64,000 bases of DNA from Paraspadella gotoi (lineage: Eukaryota > Animalia > Chaetognatha), in NCBI GenBank assembly GCA_051294375.1, contig CM119270.1, forward strand, positions 4,844,152 through 4,908,151, written 5' to 3'. The position numbers were made by a program, and so were the translations under genes. How positions within the stretch are numbered: position 1 is the stretch's first letter; the number at the start of each line of letters is the position of its first letter. Shown piece by piece: positions 41,805-64,000 of this stretch. The notes beneath the pieces were generated by a model. The model ran no database searches, had not been told where the DNA came from, and saw only the letters and a program-made list of their open reading frames with translations.

Positions 41805-42991
41805 TTAAACTTCTACCTCGGCGCCATCTATCGGCGGCAGAGCGACCCTCAACGCCGCCGGATCTCCGGACGAGGCGGCGTTATTTTCGGTCGGCGTCGT
41901 CGACCCGGATTGTCTGGCGCCGCCAGCTCGCCTGCTGCTCCGCGTTACAGCTGCGCCTTCCCGCGCGGCGCTCCTGTCTCTGCTTCGATCGCTCGTCGAT
42001 TCGGACGACGACGCCGATTCCCGCGACGCCCTTTGACTTCGATCCCGTCGCCCGTTTCCCGACGCCGCAGCGGCAGCCGCAGCCGCAGCCGCCGCTTCTT
42101 CTCGATGAAACGGATTACATCCGGGGCGTTGAAACGCCGCCGAGACGCAGGCGAGATTCCGGGCGCGCTCCTCATCGTCCGGGCGCCAACTTTGGCACGG
42201 CTGCATGACGAAGGTCGGCGGCGCCGGTTCCGAGGAGGACGTCGCAGCGCCGGAACGGCCGGAAACGATGCCGACGTCGCCGTCCCCTGGGAATATTTCG
42301 TCATAAGAAGGAAGGATGATTTCGTTGGAGGCGACGGCGTCGTAATAACTCGGCGGCGCGTCTTTGAATCCATCGGACGACGCCGATCCTGCGGCGCCGG
42401 CGGCGTCCGTGGCGCCGGAAACGTGACCGGCGTCGGCGGAGCCGGGGCAGGGACCCGGGTCGGCGCTCGCCGTGGATTCGTCGTAACTTGGAGGCGCCAT
42501 AGCCGAAGTCGTTGTCGGCGGAAGATGGCGATTTCCAGCGCCGCGTATCGGTCGGACAGATGTGGAAGAGGAGGATGAGGAAGAAGAGGAAGAGGCGCCG
42601 GCGAGGCCGACGACGCTGCTGCTGCTGTAACCGCCGTCTCTGCCCACGCGTCTTACTTCTACCCAAGTCAAATCGACTCCCCTGGGACCGCGCCCGTCGC
42701 CGCGCCCGTCGCCGCGCCCGTCAGCGCGCCCGTCGCCGCGACCCTCCGCCCGTCCCCGCGTTCCCGCGATCTCGTCCTCCGGACTTCCGGAGTCGAAACC
42801 CGATTCGGTTTGACGTCGGGAGCGTTGCTTGCGGCGGCGGCACTGGGAGGGAGAGTGAGAGGGAGTGGGAGTGGGATGGAGAGGGATGGAGAGGGAGAGA
42901 GAGAGGAAGAGGGACAGGGAGAGATGGAAGAAGAGATTTAGAGGGTGGGAGGTGGGGGAGATAGGGAGCGAGAGAGAGGGAGAGAGGGAGG

Positions 42992-43079
<88 letters not shown>

Positions 43080-43980
43080 TGAATACCAAAATTTTGCGAA
43101 ACTTAATCGATTGCTCGTATTCAACTAATATTAGAGAAATAGAAAAGTATAAATTAACAAAAGCATTTAAAAAAAAAGGAAAATAAGTGGAGACCGGAGA
43201 TGAGAAAGTGAGGAAAATAAATGAGACGAGTTAATCTTCACCTTGTGCCAAAGTCTAAAACCGACGCCGACAATGAGGACGAAGATTAGGGCGCCCAGAA
43301 TCGACGCCAGCAACATGACGTCCGTCAGCGTCTCCAGCGCCGCCCCCGCCAACGACGCTTCGTCGCTGTCGTCGTCGTCATCATCGTCGCCGTCGTCGTT
43401 CGTGGGAAAAGAAGATGGCGACGAGGACGACACCCGGATGTAAGGAGGGGAGATACCTGTGACGATGAAAGGTGACGTCAATGATCACTGATCCTGGATT
43501 CCAGGTCAGGATTTCTTTTAACCAAGGTCCTGGAAGTCTCGGTCAAAAATTGAGGGGTAGTTTTGAGAATAAATAGACAAAATAATTGTCGAAAATAACA
43601 ATAACAAAATAATTATATTCATCAACGGACTTGGTTTGCAGAAAGCTTCGTCGGTTCCATCGGCGCAATCGGGTTCTCCGTCACAGAGTCGATTCGGAGA
43701 GACGCAGTATTCCTGCAAGAAGAAACAATTAGGTTTTGGAAATTTAAATTATTGTAAATATTAACGTAAACAGATAAACTGGAAAAAAAGAAACGAAAGA
43801 TAGGTCTTCTCCCAGTCGCCTCACCTTGTCGTCCTCGCAGAGAAAGAAATTCTCGAGTTTGACCAACCAACTGCAGAGGAACGTTCCTTTGTACCGAACG
43901 CCGACAGTTTGGGTGAGGCTCAGGCCCAAAGTCAGCATCGCTGGGATCACGAAAGATGGAAACTTGGTCAACGGCAACAT
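41805..43980 (-). CDS. Type I membrane protein with one LDL-receptor class A module and cytoplasmic PPxY/LPxY motifs (LDLRAD-like)
   Basis: Exons 43980-43825, 43712-43631, 43456-43242 and 42842-41805, with consistent phases. Signal-like N-terminus; LDLa 'C...[32 protein letters not shown]'; TM '[21 protein letters not shown]'; basic stop-transfer 'CRRRKQR'; 'APPSYDE', 'APPSYYD', 'ILPSYDE'. Confidence 0.85.
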
Positions 43981-44637
43981 CCTCGGGAATTTATGGTTAT
44001 TTTTCGTGTGGAAGATATTATTAGTATTTGTATTAGTTTTTTTTTAGCGACGGAAAAATCCGTATCAGTTTTATATGATTGTCTTAGAACGTGGTTTCAT
44101 TTTCACTCTGTGAAGTTTCGATGGATCAACGGTCAAAAACGACTAAAGTTGCGATCGAAACATTTTATACAGTTTCGTTTTAAAAACTGTAGACCCGCAT
44201 AGCGACGGGAGTCGAGACTTGAAGGGCGTCTTTTTGATGCAGACAAGGGGTCCCCTTAAACGGACGGCGGGACGGGTCCGAGTCATTGGTGAGAAAAAGG
44301 TTTCACTGGGCGTGAGAGGGTCTAGAGGTCTGGAGGTCTAGATCTAGGAATTAGAGTCGCTACTCTGATGTAGTCGCTCTGGAGTTCGTTTCTGCCCCGC
44401 TTGGTGAGAAACGGTTAATTGGATTAAGCGAATTCGTAGAAGTAAGAATAAATCAAGCTTAATCTCTATTGAAAGAGATTAATAACTGGGGGGTGGTTAC
44501 GCTTCGTTGGCCGTCGTCAAGGGAAAAATAAATTGTGTCGTTGTCGTTGTCGTCCATTGGCGTTTCGTCATTGCGTCGTTGCGAGACGCTTGCGCACGAA
44601 GGGGGGTGGGAGAGGACAGTCTCCTTGGCGGAGGAAG

Positions 44638-44685
<48 letters not shown>

Positions 44686-44721
44686 AGGAGAGAGAAGAGA
44701 GAGAGAGAGAGAGAGGAGAAG

Positions 44722-44798
<77 letters not shown>

Positions 44799-44830
44799 AG
44801 AGAGAAGATCAAGAGGAGAAGAGAGAAAAG

Positions 44831-44866
44831 CTGATTGGTCGATTGCCCATAGTGTCGACCAATCAG
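44831..44866. promoter_or_regulatory. Perfect 12-bp inverted repeat containing two opposed CCAAT (NF-Y) boxes upstream of the LDLa gene
   Basis: CTGATTGGTCGA-N12-TCGACCAATCAG. Confidence 0.5.
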
Positions 44867-45597
44867 GAAGAGGAAGAGGAAAACGAAGCGAAGCACGAGA
44901 AAGATGGATGCTGCGAAAGCTTATGATTCTCGTCTGATTGTTGTTGTGGTTGTCGTTGTCGTTGTAGTTTCGGTTTAAGTTTTCATGCACTTTGATGGAG
45001 ATGAGTCCTATATAAGTGTAATTTTTAGGACTCAGTGATGTAGACAACAATCTGACATGTTTTATTAACAAACGAAATCTTTTCCGATGAGTTTTTAGTA
45101 AAAATGAATAAATTATAAAATAATGAAACTTCGTATTCCGGGAAAAAAAAGGAATTAAAAAGTTAATAATTCATGTTGATATTGTCGCAGATATCGTCAA
45201 TAAAATTAATTGAAATATAACTTATTTTTTGTTTAAAAAAAAAGAGTTTTTTACTGAGAATTTTTGGGCGAGGTTTATAAAAAAATATAGAATGAGAGAA
45301 GAAAACAAAATGGAAACGTAGAAAACACTTATTAGAAAAAAAAAACAATTACGTAAATACAAATACGTAATACATAAAAATTACTACAATTAGTACATAC
45401 ATATTAGCTACCCAGATATCCTAAAATAAAAACACAATTTTCAGAGACAATAGTTTTTTATATTAAATAATTTAATATTCAGCAGGAGTAAATAGGCAAT
45501 CATGCAACAACCATTACAGGAGAATTTTTTTATTTAAATATGAAAAAAAAAAACGGATGAAAGGCTAATAAAAAATAATTATTATTATTATCACTTG

Positions 45598-45640
<43 letters not shown>

Positions 45641-45807
45641 GGATGTCACGAAAGTTAGAGAGAGGAGGCGTTATCACTATCAGTCAGTCTCCTATCTATT
45701 CTTTTCTCTGTCTCCTATCTCCTTCTTGTCCCCTCTCTTCTTTTTTATTTTTCTTCTCCTCTCTTCTCTTCTCTTCTCTTCTCTTCTCTTCTCTCCTCTT
45801 CTACCAA

Positions 45808-50716
<4,909 letters not shown>

Positions 50717-51738
50717 GTTTGGTGGTTTCGGGTAGCGAGGGTGGGGGGGATGGTGGTTTCGGGTGGAGTTAAGGGGTGGTGAAGTAGTGGAAGAAACCTG
50801 GGGAATTTGGGGGTTTTTATTTGTTTTTATTATTTGGTTTTGTTTTTTTTTTTTTTCTGGCCGAGAGAGAGAGGTAGAAGGAAGAGAGGGAATCGATTTT
50901 GAAAAGTTTTACTCAATTGTTTTTTTGTTTCGGTATTGATAATTCGTTTTTAAAAAATTAGCCGATGCCAATGTATCTCTTCACTTATTTAGTTCTTTAG
51001 TTTGTTTGTAGTTATTAAAATTGATTGTCGATTGCGTCTCGGTTCGCGAGTGAGTTTTTACTTTCATAAACTTTCATCAACGTGAGTTAGTAGTTATTTT
51101 GTGTATTATTTTGTTAGATGAGTACGAAAATTTCACTAAAGTTGAGGCTACGTATGAGAAATGCGAAGGCAAATATGGTGATTTAAAAAAAAACCGGTAT
51201 TGCAAAGTTTGGTCGAATTTTTTTAAAAGAATAAATTAATCAGGAATGACTTTAAATTCGATCATTTGAATCTTCTTTTTTTTCGTCGTTACCGTGTGAA
51301 CTTTGAGCGAAAATCTAATTCCTTTCTCATAACAATTTTGTTTTATCTCTCGTCTCTCGTTCAATACTCGATCTTTGAACTTTTCTCTCTCTATCTCTTT
51401 TTCTCTTTTATTTTTTTTTTATCGTTCTTCCTTCGTCGTCAACGAATTTTGTTTACCGTTGCCAAGCAGATGCCTCGGACCGCAGCACCGATTCTTCCGA
51501 GTGTATTCCTCCGCCGCCGACTGAGCTTACATTTCGGCGATCAATATGAATAGTAAACGAGTGGCGTCGCACGTTTTGAAGGACGCCAAAGAAGTTAATC
51601 CTTGCGGCGGCGTCGACGCCCTCGACGGACTGATTCTTTTCCAGAAACGACACAAAGTAGTTCCTTCAACTTCTGGAATCAATTTCCCCGTTCGTCTTCG
51701 GAATTCTTTTCGTTTCGTGTCGCGAGTTTACATCCCCG

Positions 51739-51751
51739 GTTGCCAGGCAAC
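51739..51751. promoter_or_regulatory. RFX X-box motif upstream of MAPK15
   Basis: GTTGCC-A-GGCAAC fits GTNRCC-N(0-3)-RGYAAC. It lies ~200 bp upstream of a minus-strand GTAAGC donor (51530) for a probable non-coding first exon, with an acceptor near 50798. Confidence 0.7.
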
Positions 51752-53417
51752 GAGACGCTCGGCGTGTTTTGTTGGCTCTTCGGGTCCTCTTCCGTTTCTG
51801 CCTCCATTTTTCGGTTCCATTTACACTTTTTTCCTGGGGGGGGGCTAATGGTAGAATGCACACGAAAATAAGTCAAGGTCTTTCTACCCTAGATATTTAG
51901 AATTATAAAATTATAGAGGATTAAAACATTTTCTGCTTTATACACAGGTTATGAGGATGAAAAAGGACTTACTTTAATAGAGTGTAGTTTTTTAATTTCA
52001 ATATCTAGGTATTTGTCCCAAAAAACTTTTTTTAGTGTAATTATTTTTTTCAATTATTTGATTTATTAATACGCATCAAAGTTTTCGATAGCGTTGGTTT
52101 CTCCGCTAGAAGAGAACTTTAAGTTCTAGGGTTTTCGCTGATCTTTTTTTTTTAATTTTAAAAACCAATTAAGTTGCAGCAGGATCAAAGAGAATTTCAT
52201 ATTATAAATATCCGATTGAGCGATGATTAATTTTATTTTTTCAATATTGGATTTATTTCGAAACTCCGATAAAAAGTCTTTTGTTTAAGAATCACGTCGG
52301 CATTTGCCGACCTCTCTCGCATAACTTGTAAAGCCATCTGCTTAAAAGAGCAGCGCCTAAATTTGCACTTCGAACAAAAAATTTAAATTTTTTAAAGTTT
52401 TTAATCATTAAAAATTAATACAGTTTACATTTAGACAATATATTACAGTATATTTTTCTCTATCATTTCATGTTTATCAATGACGGAGTTTTTCTATGTT
52501 GACAAAAGAAAACTTAATATCCCAAGAAGAAATGCGTTTTTTTTTTTTAATTTTTGATCTTTTTTTTTTCTATTTTCTTTTTCAAAATTATGATGGGAAA
52601 ATAGTTTCCATCTCAACTCCAGGGTCAAATTTGATTTCCCTTTAAATTGGTTTCGTCTTTTCTCTCTTCGCTGAATCCATGACGAAATTTCAAGGAGAAA
52701 TAAAAAATCGAAAAATAAAAAACAAAAAAGAAAGACTTGAATTTAAAAAAAGAAATTTTATAATAAATCTCAAAATCAGAATTCCGGTCTCTNNNNNNNN
52801 NNNNNNNNNNNNNNNNNNNNNNNNNNNNNNNNNNNNNNNNNNNNNNNNNNNNNNNNNNNNNNNNNNNNNNNNNNNNNNNNNNNNNNNNNNNNNNNNNNNN
52901 NNNNNNNNNNNNNNNNNNNNNNNNNNNNNNNNNNNNNNNNNNNNNNNNNNNNNNNNNNNNNNNNNNNNNNNNNNNNNNNNNNNNNNNNNNNNNNNNNNNN
53001 NNNNNNNNNNNNNNNNNNNNNNNNNNNNNNNNNNNNNNNNNNNNNNNNNNNNNNNNNNNNNNNNNNNNNNNNNNNNNNNNNNNNNNNNNNNNNNNNNNNN
53101 NNNNNNNNNNNNNNNNNNNNNNNNNNNNNNNNNNNNNNNNNNNNNNNNNNNNNNNNNNNNNNNNNNNNNNNNNNNNNNNNNNNNNNNNNNNNNNNNNNNN
53201 NNNNNNNNNNNTTTTTTTTTTTGCACTTACAAATGGATTGCGTCGAATCAATGAAATAATCCATAACCTTTGGTTCTGAAAATCGCGGGATCGCAAAGAC
53301 CTTTAAATCTCTTTGCAAAGAAGAAAAAAGAAAAGTATTTCTAAAACTAAAAGGTAGCATTCGCTTCGAAATTGGTACAACCAAGATAAAAATAATCTGT
53401 TCATTCAATAAATAAGC

Positions 53418-53477
53418 TATCTTGGGTTGACTTTGGACAGTCTATGGTGGTTTAAGGCCTCCATCCCTCTAACAAGA
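53418..53477 (-). ncRNA. Twister-like motif, family C (degenerate copy)
   Basis: Minus strand TCTTGT-TAGAGG-GA-TGG-AGGCCT-TAA-ACC-AC-CATAG-ACTG-TCCAAAGT-CAAC-CCAAGATA. Confidence 0.55.
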
Positions 53478-53980
53478 GTGCCATATCAGGCCCCTGCATT
53501 GCCTGAAAGCTTTCTCTCGTTTATCCACTCCTCGAGTACCTTGCTTCCCTCCCCTGGAAATTGTGTCACACATATTTTAAACAAAGTTTCAATCGAATAA
53601 AAACCACTTCAGCATTATATTGTACTCCGCACCAGCATCGACATGCAAGGAACTTTGATTTTCTTTTTAAAACTGATGGTACAAAGTCGGTACGTACTTC
53701 TCATTGCCCTACAGATTTCAACTACCACGTCTCATCAAATTCCATTCACGGTTCCATTTTGGAATAAGAACTTGATTTACGGTTCCCCTTCCAATTCCAC
53801 TCTAATTCCCTCGACGGTGATCCAAGGACGAATTTTCGCTGAAATGAGATTGACGTCAAACGACGGTTGACGTCATCGCGCGTCGCGAGACGGCGCTCCT
53901 TCGCCACCTTGGGAACGCGGCGAGTAAAGGTCCATGGTTCGAGGCTGGGCGCCAGCTTTAAAGAAAAAAGGAGATTCGGA

Positions 53981-54071
53981 GCTCCGACGTGACGCGTTGG
54001 AATCATTTGAAACGGCTGGAACGTGGCTCCAACGTGACGCGTTGGAATCATTTGAAACGGCTGGAACGTGG
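53981..54071. repeat. 45-bp direct tandem duplication
   Basis: 'gctcc(g/a)acgtgacgcgttggaatcatttgaaacggctggaacgtg' twice. Confidence 0.85.
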
Positions 54072-54959
54072 AGAATAACTGTAAACCTCACGTCTGCTTT
54101 TTCACCGCTCATTCTAAATGAGAAGAACAAAGCATTTGTTTCAAGATCGTGTTCGATATTTTTGTGACGTGTCAAATTTAAAATCAAAGTTATACTTTTT
54201 ATAACTTTCTCTATCCCTCCATCCTCTAATTGGTAGAAACGTGAAATATAACGTGAACCATTATTCCTGAGTGATGATTTCATGTCTTCTTACAGTCGTC
54301 CACCATATTGTGAAAATAATGTTCAATGCCGGCGAGATATTTTCTCTTTTTTTCTTGGACTTTCTGTCGCGGAGAACTAAAAAAAAGATAAAAGATAAAA
54401 GAGANNNNNNNNNNNNNNNNNNNNNNNNNNNNNNNNNNNNNNNNNNNNNNNNNNNNNNNNNNNNNNNNNNNNNNNNNNNNNNNNNNNNNNNNNNNNNNNN
54501 NNNNNGGAAGGAAAGAAAGAAGTAAAAAGGAGAGAAAAAAAAACAAGAACAAAAAAAGAAAGAAAGACCGAAACTAAAAAGAAAGAAAGAAAGAAAAAAA
54601 GAAAGAAAAAAAATTACAATAGAAGTATAGAAAAATAAAAAGAAAGGGAAAAAAAGTAAAAAGAGAAAAGGAGAGAAAGGAAAGCAATTAAAGAAAAAAA
54701 AANNNNNNNNNNNNNNNNNNNNNNNNNNNNNNNNNNNNNNNNNNNNNNNNNNNNNNNNNNNNNNNNNNNNNNNNNNNNNNNNNNNNNNNNNNNNNNNNNN
54801 NNNNNNNNNNNNNNNNNNNNNNNNNNNNNNNNNNNNNNNNNNNNNNNNNNNNNNNNNNNNNNNNNNNNNNNNNNNNNNNNNNNNNNNNNNNNNNNNNNNN
54901 NNNNNNNNNNNNNNNNNNNNNNNNNNNNNNNNNNNNNNNNNNNNNNNNNNNAAGAAAAG

Positions 54960-54990
<31 letters not shown>

Positions 54991-55111
54991 GTAAAAAGGA
55001 GAAAAGAAGATACGTTGAAATTGGGGCCTTCGATCCTCAGCGAAGACGATAACGACGCTCAAGGTTGGAAGAAATCGTTATCTGAGAGACCGAGAGTGAG
55101 AGAGAGAGAGA

Positions 55112-55151
<40 letters not shown>

Positions 55152-56969
55152 ATAACAAATCATCGTTGAGAAAGAGAGAAAAAAATAAAGAAAGAAAAAA
55201 GGAGGTTGAGATATAAGACGCGATTCATTTTGAAGACAAGACGAAAATGCAAGAAAAAGAGGCAATAAAACCCATGAAGAAAAAGCTATAAAAATACGAG
55301 AAAGAATAAAAAAAAAGCGAATAAAAGAAGAGACATCGGAGACAACAACAACATTAACAACAACAACGACAAAAACAACGAGAGACGTCGGAGACAAAGC
55401 GGTGGACGAAATTAGAAACGAAATGGAGGAAGCAAAAACTGGAATCTGACAAGCAGAGGTTGGAGGCAGGCAAGCAGAGGGAGATTGAGGATGGAAGCAG
55501 GCAAGCAGAAGCAAGCGGAAGAAAAAGTACCCTAGAAGAGAAGCTTGTTATGTTGCACTACGAGCTGGAAGAAAACAACGTATGTAGACAATTTATTTAA
55601 AAATTAGTTAAATTCTACAAGCGAATGAATGAATGAATCAATACATACAATTTTATTCTCGAACAAAGGCCGACGACTTCGTGTCGAGGGAGAGATAAGA
55701 AAGAGAACTAAAACCCTTAAGGAGACAAAACTGCAAAATTATCAGGGAAACCATCGACTTGTTTTCCTTTTTTTCTTCTTTTTTTGCTCGTTTCGCCTTT
55801 TTATTCCAGTTTTTATCAAGGATCTAAACTCTTCTCTTTTTTTTGGTCTCGTTCCTCTTATAAATCTAGTTTTTCTTCACAACCACTTTTTCCTCAATTA
55901 TTTATCATTTTTTGCCTCGGATTTTTTTTCACTCAGTTTTGTTTTTTTTTTTTTTACCGGTCACTTTTCTTGTAAGAAAACCGAAAAGGTTTCATGTTTC
56001 TAACGAGATCTATTTAAATAATAATCGCGAAAACGCGTTTCATCGATTTCTCTTTATTAACTCCCGTCTCCAATGGAACGTTGACTTTTTTTTCGTTTTC
56101 AGGGATTTTCGGCCATTTTATCATATATACTTTGGCTTTTCCTGTATATATGAATTTTTTCTTTCTATTGATACTTCGTACTAGTGCTGCTTTACACCAT
56201 CGATTGGATATTGTGAAGGAAAAGTGAAACAACTTTTTTTTACTATTATAAAATGATGCCTAAGCAGAGGTAATATCTATCTAACCGTCAATTTAAACAT
56301 TTTCAATTATCTATCTTCTGCTTAAACGAAAAAAAAAATATAACATCAATTTGTTTTTTTGTTTTTTTTGTTTTTTTGGGTTGGTGTATACTGTATACTG
56401 TATAGACACAGAGATTAATTATATTATTAACATTGTTCAATAAAAGAGAAGAGAGAGAAATACATCGATACGACATATAAAATATCTCGACCCTCCCAAC
56501 GAAACTTCTTCGCCTCAAAGAAGGAATGGAATTCCGTAGTAAAAAGGAGACAAAAACGAAGTCGCCATTTTCTGTTTCCCTGTTTTCTTTCTTTGTTTTT
56601 TGTTTGTTTTGTTTTGTCAATGAAAGATGATGATGGTAATTTTGTTTCTTTTTTTTTTTGTTCTAATATAGTAGCGAAAATGGAGTTAAGTTTGTAAATA
56701 AATAATTCCTCCCTTAAAGAAAGACTCGGAAAAAAAAAATTTCTTTTTTTCGGAAAACAAAAAAAGGCAAAAAAAAATGGAAAACTTCGTTGGTCTTACA
56801 AAGTAGAGTTGAAACCAAAAAAAATTATTTGAACTTTATAACTAGAGTTATTGTAAAATAGGTAAGAGTAATACAATATTTTTTTTAAATATAAATGTTC
56901 ATTTGTTTTTTTTTTAATGGAATCATTGGTTGGCGACGATATATTGAAACCAGCGAATTCCTCGTCTCT

Positions 56970-63899
<6,930 letters not shown>

Positions 63900-64000
63900 T
63901 CAATCAATCGGACAGATATGCGTAGAATCAATCGTTTAAACATACGCGCAAACCGTTTAAGACTTCAAACCAACCAAATCAATCCATTCGAACCAACAAT

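Noticed and set aside
44459-44937. ERER/SLSL-rich ORFs here and elsewhere, and poly-X ORFs over N gaps
   Set aside because: Artefacts of (AG)n microsatellites and assembly gaps.
51546-51871. Short ORFs as a separate gene
   Set aside because: No recognisable motif; the GC-rich patch is better explained as the MAPK15 promoter and 5' UTR exon.

Overview
AT-rich, microsatellite-laden, intron-containing animal (invertebrate-like) genomic DNA with several N gaps and apparent indel errors. Four protein-coding genes can be rebuilt from GT-AG exons: a Na+/Ca2+ exchanger (NCX/SLC8 family, + strand, about 19 coding exons, 26825-39834), a single-pass LDLa/PY-motif membrane protein (- strand), MAPK15/ERK7 (- strand, with an upstream RFX X-box) and the last three coding exons of calmodulin (- strand). 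An intact tRNA-Val(CAC) lies antisense in an NCX intron. The first ~20 kb is repetitive: a frameshifted Ty3/gypsy element, a ~3.9 kb duplicated unit of unknown degenerate coding content, a hAT MITE and a long-TIR Tc1/mariner-like element. The main observation is that three otherwise unrelated small repeat families share one strongly covarying RNA fold. It matches a circularly permuted (type-P5-like) twister ribozyme whose P1 is reduced to a 6-nt palindrome, and it sits just downstream of a tRNA-like head. One family is a complete miniature LTR element (TG..CA LTRs, 4-bp TSD, PBS, PPT) with the fold in each LTR, i.e. a candidate twister-based LTR retrozyme in an animal. A Penelope-type inverted hammerhead pair is also present. 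All ribozyme calls come from manual alignment; activity and novelty are untested.
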